This document shows, in pieces, positions 50,384-57,741 of a stretch of DNA of 57,947 bases; the stretch's first letter is position 1, and each line of letters opens with the position of its first letter. Made by a program: the position numbers and the translations under genes. The stretch is from Basidiobolus meristosporus CBS 931.73 (taxonomy: Eukaryota > Fungi > Basidiobolomycota): the NCBI GenBank assembly GCA_002104905.1, contig MCFE01000559.1, forward strand, positions 1 through 57,947, read 5' to 3'. The notes below the pieces were generated by a model. That model searched no databases. It saw only the letters and a program-made list of their open reading frames with translations, and was not told where the DNA came from.

Positions 50384-50654
50384 AAACTACAAATAAATAA
50401 GCCAGCTGCAAATCTAAAGTTCCCATAGTAAGATCCTAGTTGAGTACAAATAAATCTAAGCTAAAGTTAAGGCAGTATTCCAGAGTACATCCGAGTTCAG
50501 GTTCATGGGAGAGTGAAGTAGAAAAGCCTGAGAAATGTAATAATCTCTTAGGAAGTGGATTAGGGGTTAGGGGAGGGAAAGTCACCAAGTTGGTGAAATC
50601 TTTATTTGAGTTAAGAGCTAATCTAAGTACAAATAAAGAAGCCAATTCAGAGGT

Positions 50655-52853
50655 CTAGAACCTCTCTAATAAGTAATCTAATATATGTTTTGTTTCTTCT
50701 CTAATGTTTGTTTCAATAAAGTAAAGCTCATCAGGGGTAAATATAAAATTCAGGGGTTTTGGGGGAAGTACAAATTGTAGATGTTTCTGATCAATATAAT
50801 CCAAGACTGGAACCCAGCCTGGGATTAAGTGCAGTAGGAAAGGTGTGTGGACTTGTAAGTAGCTCTGCCACATAGATCTTAGATGGTCCTGAGCCAGTAG
50901 TCTTGGTTTCTCAGCTTTTTGAAGTTTTGAAGCAAGCTCTGTTACTACAGCAGAGCCAACCAGGGTGTGCCAGCAAGAAGATTTCAGGGAGGAGTTAGAT
51001 TGAAGCCATTGTTTAATGGAGGGGTTATGTGATTTCTGAAGTTTGACTAGGAAGGAAGCACGGAGATAGATCATTCGGATTTGGTATGGGTAGAACCCAA
51101 AGGCTCCATTAGTTGCATGGATATAGGGAGATACTGGAAGATAAGGTACCAAGGATCTGATACACTGATGGAGAAATTTATCCAGGCGGTGAAGTTCTCT
51201 GGAGGTTAGGGGTATAATGTGGAGACCAAATTCAAGTACTGGCAGCACATACTGCTTCAGAAGTATAGGGATCTTTTGAATTGGAGTGTCTGGAGTGACT
51301 ACTACCAGAAGCTTTTTGAGAGCCTGTTGGGCAAGACGGATCCTATTATTCAGGTGGAGCTTGGAGTCAATCCCATGTTGACAAAACGGCAGACCTAGAT
51401 ATATTGCAGTTTGTTGTGGCAGAATGCTAGTGTTTTGTATAGTTGTAGTGCATCCAATTGGGACTGTCTTGGAAATTGAGAGTGAGAGGTTGTTGGCAGC
51501 CAAGTACTTCTCAATGATGGCAGTGTCTGCTATGGGATTAGGAGTAGCAATCTTGATATCATCTGCATAGAGAGTTAGTAGTGGATAGGGAGAGTCTGGT
51601 GAGGGGCCTTTTGGAAATAAAGGAAAGTCATGTAGGAATATCACAAATAATAAGGGACCTAGTACAGATCCTTGGACTACTCCATTTGGAACCTCATAAG
51701 TCTCTGATGTACAACTTGGATGCAAAATTTTGGCTGAGTTCTCACAAAATAGAGAACATACAAGAAGGGTCATTGGTAGTGTGGTAACTGCTAATAGCTT
51801 TCTCCAAAGCAGAGCTCTGTCCACAGAGTCAAAGGCTTTAGTAATGTCAAACAGAATGGTTGGCAATGAGAATTGAAGTGAATGATCATGGCTTAGCACT
51901 ACAGCCATATCCAAGGAGAGTTTGGGCAAGAAGCCAAACTGAGAAGGATGGAATGGATATAGTTGAGATTGCAAGGATTTTGCTATTATAAGCTCAAAGA
52001 TTTTCCGGCAGGTTGGTAGGAGTGAAACTGGCCGGTAAGAACCTGGGAGTGAGTGTTTCCCCTTCCCTTTGTATAAGGGTATTACATTTGCCTGTGACCA
52101 GGCCTTTGGGGTAGTCAATTGTTGGGCACAGATAGAGTAGAATGGGAGAAGTAAGTGACTCATTTTGGAGTAGCACACCCGGAGTAGATTGTAGGTAATC
52201 AAGTCATGTCCAGGTGCAGTATTTGCAGGAAGCTTCTTTAAAATTTTCTCCAGAAGCTTTGCTGAAACCAAAATTGGAGATGTTGTACTGCTAGATATGT
52301 CACCAGTATGGTAGAAAGGAGGAGTGGGATGCACGGTTGAATCAAAGAATATAGGGGCCAGTTTGTCTGGTGATGGTATACTCCTTGCTTGGGGTCTCAT
52401 GGCTTTGTATACTCTTGATATGGACCTTGTGGTGGCATTCATATTTACTAAGGGCAAGGTATCCATGATATGAGCCCATAATCTAGTATGCTCAGTGATC
52501 TGTAGTGACTTGGAGTAGGAGATTGCGCTTTCCAGGAGGTTGTGTGTTTTTGGGTTAGGGAAACATAGGTAGCTGGAATTTAAGGCAGAAATGATGGATT
52601 TCCATTTAAGTTGGTTTGCAGATGGCTTTTGGTAGGACTTGGTGGGCAGGGCCAGACAGCCAGTGATTATGATGAAATGCTGGTAAAATAGCCATAATGC
52701 ATTTACATCATCACAAATCCATGCAGGTAAGCTGGGAAATGCATATTCTGTAAGCAAGGATAGGTAGTTGGCAAAGTCCTGTGTCTGTGATACTGAAGCT
52801 TTGGCTGGCAGGATTGTAAATGGCTGAAGAAGGGTGCCAATTGGTAGGGTTTT
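50655..52853 (-). CDS. Non-LTR reverse transcriptase domain of LINE copy 1
   Basis: APGHDLITY, YRPVSLLPT.RKIFE, QFGF, FDITKAFDSV, GVVQGSVLGPLLF and YADDI. The frame is open back to the TGA at 52854-52856. Confidence 0.95.
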   Translation of the reverse strand, partial: KTLPIGTLLQPFTILPAKASVSQTQDFANYLSLLTEYAFPSLPAWICDDVNALWLFYQHFIIITGCLALPTKSYQKPSANQLKWKSIISALNSSYLCFPNPKTHNLLESAISYSKSLQITEHTRLWAHIMDTLPLVNMNATTRSISRVYKAMRPQARSIPSPDKLAPIFFDSTVHPTPPFYHTGDISSSTTSPILVSAKLLEKILKKLPANTAPGHDLITYNLLRVCYSKMSHLLLPFYSICAQQLTTPKAWSQANVIPLYKGKGKHSLPGSYRPVSLLPTCRKIFELIIAKSLQSQLYPFHPSQFGFLPKLSLDMAVVLSHDHSLQFSLPTILFDITKAFDSVDRALLWRKLLAVTTLPMTLLVCSLFCENSAKILHPSCTSETYEVPNGVVQGSVLGPLLFVIFLHDFPLFPKGPSPDSPYPLLTLYADDIKIATPNPIADTAIIEKYLAANNLSLSISKTVPIGCTTTIQNTSILPQQTAIYLGLPFCQHGIDSKLHLNNRIRLAQQALKKLLVVVTPDTPIQKIPILLKQYVLPVLEFGLHIIPLTSRELHRLDKFLHQCIRSLVPYLPVSPYIHATNGAFGFYPYQIRMIYLRASFLVKLQKSHNPSIKQWLQSNSSLKSSCWHTLVGSAVVTELASKLQKAEKPRLLAQDHLRSMWQSYLQVHTPFLLHLIPGWVPVLDYIDQKHLQFVLPPKPLNFIFTPDELYFIETNIREETKHILDYLLERF

Positions 52854-53504
52854 TCAGGCAGAAATGATAATATGTATTGGCTTGTGATCAGATTTCTCTA
52901 GTGAACCACAGCTGAAATCCTCTGGCATGCTTGTAACCTGGTGGATGTACTGTAAGGCAGCTGGAGTGGCTGTTACCCAGTCAACACAACGTTGAGCTTG
53001 CTGAGTGTTTACAGTGACCAGATGGTTTTGTTGGAGGAACTTTGTAAAGTGCTCCTCTTGGGTTCTAAGTCTGGATGAAATAGTGGTGATATTTTCAGGG
53101 TGGGGAATATTTATATCTCCCACTACCATACAAGGGATTGATGAGCTGTTAATGAATTCTGATGTGGCCAAGAAAATTGCCAGTGTTATGGAGATAGACA
53201 GAGATGGAGGGAGATAGATAATAATGGCTACTATAGTTGGAAGTGTTAGAGCATAGCAGTAATACTCATAGATGATGGATACATTTGTTGAGGGTGCAAG
53301 CTTAGAAGATGAAAGAGCAACAAGTGCCATTGAGTGAGCTGGAAATTTTGGGTGAGCAGATGAATATGCATTCAGTCTAGAGGGAAGTTTTGGCAACTTA
53401 ACATCAATTAGTAGGAGCAAGGAATATTCCTTTTTCAGTAAGTTTTCTAATTCAGCTACAGTTGGAGTGATGGAGTTGCAATTGAGTAAGAGTATGTTCT
53501 GTAG
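52854..53504 (-). CDS. Apurinic-like (APE/EEP) endonuclease domain of LINE copy 1
   Basis: Translating upstream of the ORF-track start gives LQNILLLNCNSI (N-terminal APE motif), then IYLPPS, VVGDIN, VDWV and SDHKP. No ATG precedes the first motif. Confidence 0.85.
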   Translation of the reverse strand, partial: LQNILLLNCNSITPTVAELENLLKKEYSLLLLIDVKLPKLPSRLNAYSSAHPKFPAHSMALVALSSSKLAPSTNVSIIYEYYCYALTLPTIVAIIIYLPPSLSISITLAIFLATSEFINSSSIPCMVVGDINIPHPENITTISSRLRTQEEHFTKFLQQNHLVTVNTQQAQRCVDWVTATPAALQYIHQVTSMPEDFSCGSLEKSDHKPIHIIISA

Positions 53505-54342
53505 TCAGGCAGACTCTGAGGTTGCCTGTTCCTGCTGAAACTCTTGCACTGCCCTTTGTAAATTTCCAGAATTATTCCACAACTCTTCAAATGGAGCTTG
53601 CGTAATGTCTTTCAGGATTCTAATTGCTTCCTCTTTCAAGAAGTAGGCCACATCATAGGTTGGAGCCTGTTTCTTAATGGCAGCAAAGAAAGCCATAATT
53701 GCCATGTGAGCTGGGGGCTTGTTGAATATTCCTGGCTCAGTGTCCATTGACTCTGGTGGAATGATTGTGAATTTGGTAGGCACCCAGTTTAGATTTTTTG
53801 CCAGATACTTAGTCAATGCAGTGGAGAAGTTTCTGTCTACAATCATTTCTAGGATCTTTCCTCTTCTCCAAGCTAGGTTAACAATTTTTGAAGTGTCAAT
53901 ATTTAGAGAGCGGAATGTATGTCTGATGTTTGATATAGTAGTCCATGGAACATTGGCAAAGTATAGCAAGGACCAATTCTGGAGCTGAGGTAAGTTTGCT
54001 GGAGGCTTATAGGTAGACTTCCTGGCAGGTTGTGTGGTAGGCTTTAGTGTTCCCAAGGTAGCAAGTTGTGGTTGAGACTTTTTGGAATTACGTATGACTT
54101 TGGAAAGAATTCTGCCAGCAACTGTGTCAGGAATGTTAGTACTCATTGATGGTGCAGGGCCTGGCTCCTGGTACTGCTTTTGTAGAATACTTGAGTATGT
54201 CTCTTTTTGTTTTCCTTTATCCAATGTGCTATGCCTTGGAATGGGATTTTGGGGAATAGAGACTTCAGGTATCAACTCTGTGGTCTGGTGATTGTCCAAC
54301 ATTGTTGCTTGAGCATCCAGCTTTTCCTCTAAGATTTGAACT
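53505..54342 (-). CDS. LINE ORF1 (probable nucleic-acid-binding protein), apparently 5'-truncated
   Basis: ATG at 54302, but the frame stays open and coding-like (VQILEEKLDAQAT) up to the telomeric junction. The C-terminal beta/alpha pattern (LLYFANVPW...ILEMIV) is suggestive of an RRM-like fold. Confidence 0.7.
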
Positions 54343-54383
54343 CAGGGTTTAGGGTTAGGGGGAGGAAAGTCACCAAGGTAGGG

Positions 54384-54898
54384 GGGAGGAAAGTCACCAA
54401 GTGGTGAAATCTTTATTTACTTATGACAAGTATCTAAAGAAGCCAAGTTAATCTGATGTTATTCCTAGAAAGCTAGGTCTGAGAGATATCTTCCTGGTAA
54501 GCCAGGTCTGAGAGTTGAGAAGCTGAGTGGTACTATATTTCCTAGTTAGCTAGGTCTGAGAGTGGTTTCCTGGAAAGCCAGGCCTGAGAAGTGAGAATCT
54601 GAATATATCTGAGCTAAGTTATACTGGTTTGCGGTAGCTGAATTGTGGCCGGAATGGCCAGTAGACTGGGGGAGCTGAGATGAATATCTGGGCGATCACT
54701 GGCCAAATTTACTAGGCAAATCTGGCCAAGTAGCATTTCAAGGATTTCAGCCAATCAGAGCCTTTACTTTGCCCAATGGTTGATCAAGCCATCTCCCAAT
54801 GAGCACACATCAATTTATTGATCAAATTTTGCTGGATCCAGGATTTGAACCCACAACCATGGGTATGGAAGGGTTAGGGATAACCACAAGGCTAAGTG
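54384..54898 (-). mobile_element. tRNA-headed SINE-like element, copy A (~515 bp)
   Basis: A-box TAGCCTTGTGG (54894-54884) and B-box GGTTCAAATCC (54851-54841) at tRNA spacing. Non-coding body. 3' tail is shared with the LINEs. Confidence 0.8.
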
Positions 54899-54904
54899 TT
54901 AGGG

Positions 54905-55421
54905 GGAGGAAAGTCACCAAGTGGTGAAATCTTTATTTACTTATGACAAGTATCTAAAGAAGCCAAGTTAATCTGAAGTAATTCCTAGAAAGCTAGGTCT
55001 GAGAGATATCTTCCTGGTAAGCCAGGTCTGAGAGTTGAGAAGCTGAGTGGTACTATATTTCCTAGTTAGCTAGGTCTGAGAGAGGTTTCCTGGAAAGCCA
55101 GGCCTGAGAAGTGAGAATCTGAATATATCTGAGCTAAGTTATACTGGTTTGCGGTAGCTGGATTGTGGCTGGAAAGGCCAGTAGACTGGGGGAACTGAGA
55201 TGAATTTCTGGGCGATCACTGGCCAAATTTACTAGGCAAATCTGGCCATTAGCATTTCAAGGATTTCAGCCAATCAGAGCCTTTACTTTGCCCATGGTTG
55301 ATCAAGCCATCTCCCAATGAGCACACATCAATTTATTGATCAAATTTTGTTGGATCCAGGATTTGAACCCACAACCATGGGTATGGAAGGGTTAGGGATA
55401 ACCACAAGGCTAAGTGTTCTT
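54905..55421 (-). mobile_element. tRNA-headed SINE-like element, copy B (tandem, near-identical to copy A)
   Basis: Period is ~520 bp. A-box at 55412-55402 and B-box at 55369-55359. It is separated from copy A by a single TTAGGG (54899-54904). Confidence 0.8.
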
Positions 55422-55429
55422 GGTTAGGG

Positions 55430-57741
55430 GGGGAGACAGTCACCAACAGGTGAAATCTTTATTTCAGTTGAAACAAAGAAGCCAGCGCTACTGTTGTAGC
55501 TTTGATACAAGAGTGTGTAGCTGAGGGGAATTTGTAGGTAAGTTAATAAGAAGTGATGATAGTTCTTCAGTGCTCAAGACACTGTTCAGTGGGAAGGGGG
55601 GTAGCAAGAGAGGTAAGAATGACTTGTGAACAACATTAATGAGGGGAATGTGATAAGGGTTGATATTCATCATAAAGGGAGTGTGCTGCTGCAGATATTG
55701 CTGCCAAAGGTCTGTCAAGTACTTCAGGTAGGCCAGCTTGGGTTTTTCTGACTGCAGAATAAATTCAGCAAACTTCTTGACTGCAGGATCTCCAAGTATA
55801 GTTCTCCAGCAGGAGCCAGGTGTTGTGTGGTGTGTTCTCTTCCAGGCCTTAATCAGTGGGTTGTTGCAGTTGTGAAGTCTGAGGTATAATCTGGTTCTAA
55901 GGTAGAGAAGTCTGATCTTATAGGGCATAAACCCAAAAGCACCAAGAATAGCATGTCTGTAGGGGCATTCAGGCAAATGAGGCACCAAGGAGGTAATGCA
56001 CCATACTGCAAACTTGTCAAGCTTAGTGCAGTCTCTAGAAGTAAGAGAGAGAAGTGGTAAGCCAAATTCCAGGACAGGGAAGACAAACTGCTTGAGTAGA
56101 AGGAGGCAGCTGGGAGCTGAAGTTGTAGGAGGAGTAACAGCCAGTAGCTTGTGGAGTGCCTGTCTTGCCAGGATAATTCTCTTCTTCAGGTGTGCTGCAG
56201 AGTCTAGTCCAGTAGGAAGGAAAGGAAAGCCAAGATATGTAGCAGAAACCTGAGCAGGTAGAGTGGAGTTCTCCAAGTTGATGGGAGAGCCCAAAGGTAC
56301 TGTCTTTGCAATGGAAAGCTGGAGATTATTCTTCTGCAGATACTGGTGGATGGTCTGGGAGTCTTGTTGCACATTGGAGGAGGATATTCTGATGTCATCA
56401 GCAAAGAGAGTAACCAGGCAGTCAGCTGAGAGTCTTGGGAAATCATTCAGGAAGATGGCAAACAGTATAGGACCAAGCACAGAGCCTTGAACCACTCCAT
56501 TAGGAACTGAGAACACAGCTGATTGCTCACTTGGGTGCAGAATTCTTGCTTGTGGATCCAGAAACAGTGACCTGACAAGGAGGGTGAGAGAGGTACTGGA
56601 GAAGCATTGCAACTTGGACCAAAGCAGATTTCTGTCAACTGAATCAAAGGCCTTAGTAATATCAAACAGAACAGAGGGATACTTGCACTGGAGAGAGTGA
56701 TCTTGGCTAAGTATGACTGCATATTCCAAGGAGAGGCCAGGAACAAAGCCAAACTGTGCAGGATGAAACTTGAGTGAGTCAGAGTAGAGCTCCTGAGCAA
56801 GCAGAAGCTCAAACACCTTTCTGCAGGTGGGCAGCAGAGATATTGGCCTGTAGGAGCTAGGATCCAGGTGCTTTCCTTTACCCTTGTACAGTGGCAGAAC
56901 ATTTGCAAAGGACCATTCCTCAGGAGTAGAAAGCTGGGCTGAGCATTGTTGAAACAGTGGAAGCAGAAGTGCAGACATGGCCTTGGTACTAGTCTTCAGA
57001 AGTTCATAAGAGATTGTGTCCACACCTGGAGCAGTAGAGTTGGGAAGCCTCTTGAGCACATTATGGATTCTCCTTTGATCAAGTGCAAGTGGGATGGGCA
57101 GAGTCTTGAAGTCAGGATGAAAGCCAGGAGTTGAGTACTGCTTTGTAGAGAAGAAGATGTTAGCCAGCTGTTCTGTTGAAGGTAACTTCCTGGAAGAGGG
57201 CCTCATTGCCCTGTAGAGTCTTGATACTGTTCTTGTTATAGAGTTGGAAGATTGCAGAGGCAAAGAACTCATAATATGATCCCAGAGCTGAGTATGCAGA
57301 GTGTGGTGAATTGCCTTGGAGTGATGTATTGCTGTCAGGAGGAGTTTCTCTGTTTTTGGGTTAGGGAAACTCAGGTAGCTTTGTTGCAGGGCTGAAACAA
57401 TGGATTCCCATTTTCTTGAGGTAACAGCAGTAGTCTTGCATGGCAGTGAGAGGGAGGCAGACACCAGAATCAGATGCTTCACAAACAGCCAGGCATAGTT
57501 GAGATCATCTGGCAGAGAAAGTAGCAAACTGGCAAGCTTCAAGTAGTTCCCAAAGTCTTTCTTCTGATTCTTGGTAGCTTTGTGGGTGAGCACAGTAAGT
57601 TTTGGCAGCTTCTTCTTCACAACTGGTTGCATAGAAAGGGACCAGGCTGGGTGGTCAGAGGCTCTCAAGGATCCTAGCTCAGCTCCAGAGAATTGCTTAA
57701 CTTCATTCACAAAGTAGAGGGCAGCTGCAGAAGGGCAGATC
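55430..57741 (-). mobile_element. Telomere-associated non-LTR retrotransposon, copy 2, 5'-truncated within the endonuclease and capped by the telomere
   Basis: The 3' end is joined to GGTTAGGG (55422-55429). The reading frame is open from the telomere junction to the TAG at 55488. Confidence 0.93.
55488..57740 (-). CDS. C-terminus of APE endonuclease plus intact RT of LINE copy 2
   Basis: ICPSAAALYFVNEV...ASDHP (end of EN), then APGVDTISY, YRPISLLPT, FDITKAFDSV, GVVQGSVLGP and FADDI. No stop codons. Confidence 0.93.
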   Translation of the reverse strand: MCPSAAALYFVNEVKQFSGAELGSLRASDHPAWSLSMQPVVKKKLPKLTVLTHKATKNQKKDFGNYLKLASLLLSLPDDLNYAWLFVKHLILVSASLSLPCKTTAVTSRKWESIVSALQQSYLSFPNPKTEKLLLTAIHHSKAIHHTLHTQLWDHIMSSLPLQSSNSITRTVSRLYRAMRPSSRKLPSTEQLANIFFSTKQYSTPGFHPDFKTLPIPLALDQRRIHNVLKRLPNSTAPGVDTISYELLKTSTKAMSALLLPLFQQCSAQLSTPEEWSFANVLPLYKGKGKHLDPSSYRPISLLPTCRKVFELLLAQELYSDSLKFHPAQFGFVPGLSLEYAVILSQDHSLQCKYPSVLFDITKAFDSVDRNLLWSKLQCFSSTSLTLLVRSLFLDPQARILHPSEQSAVFSVPNGVVQGSVLGPILFAIFLNDFPRLSADCLVTLFADDIRISSSNVQQDSQTIHQYLQKNNLQLSIAKTVPLGSPINLENSTLPAQVSATYLGFPFLPTGLDSAAHLKKRIILARQALHKLLAVTPPTTSAPSCLLLLKQFVFPVLEFGLPLLSLTSRDCTKLDKFAVWCITSLVPHLPECPYRHAILGAFGFMPYKIRLLYLRTRLYLRLHNCNNPLIKAWKRTHHTTPGSCWRTILGDPAVKKFAEFILQSEKPKLAYLKYLTDLWQQYLQQHTPFMMNINPYHIPLINVVHKSFLPLLLPPFPLNSVLSTEELSSLLINLPTNSPQLHTLVSKLQQ

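Larger units (their letters stand above)
50574..54342 (-). mobile_element. Telomere-associated non-LTR retrotransposon, copy 1 (ORF1 + APE endonuclease + RT), 5'-truncated
   Basis: The 3' end is joined to TTAGGGGTTAGGGG (50560-50573) and the 5' end is followed by AGGGTTTAGGGTTAGGG (54344-54360). EN and RT motifs are listed in the entries below. Confidence 0.93.

Noticed and set aside
54332-54343. B-box-like GAGTTCAAATCT at the LINE1 5' junction
   Set aside because: It lies within the open ORF1 frame and has no matching A-box, so it is probably chance.
54464-54590. CRISPR-like array of palindromic repeats
   Set aside because: The context is eukaryotic, spacers are short and non-unique, and there are no cas genes. 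These are internal SINE repeats.
54841-54901. Functional tRNA gene (Gly-like CT-TCC-AT loop)
   Set aside because: A and B boxes are present, but the acceptor, D and anticodon stems do not pair. It is better explained as a SINE head.
54384-55421. Telomerase RNA gene
   Set aside because: It has a template-like motif, but it occurs as tandem copies inside the array and shares the LINE 3' tail, which favours a SINE. Kept only as a speculative note.
50655-57740. Endonuclease-less Penelope-like (Athena/Coprina) element or telomerase RT
   Set aside because: The RT motifs are LINE-type and an APE endonuclease is present upstream.
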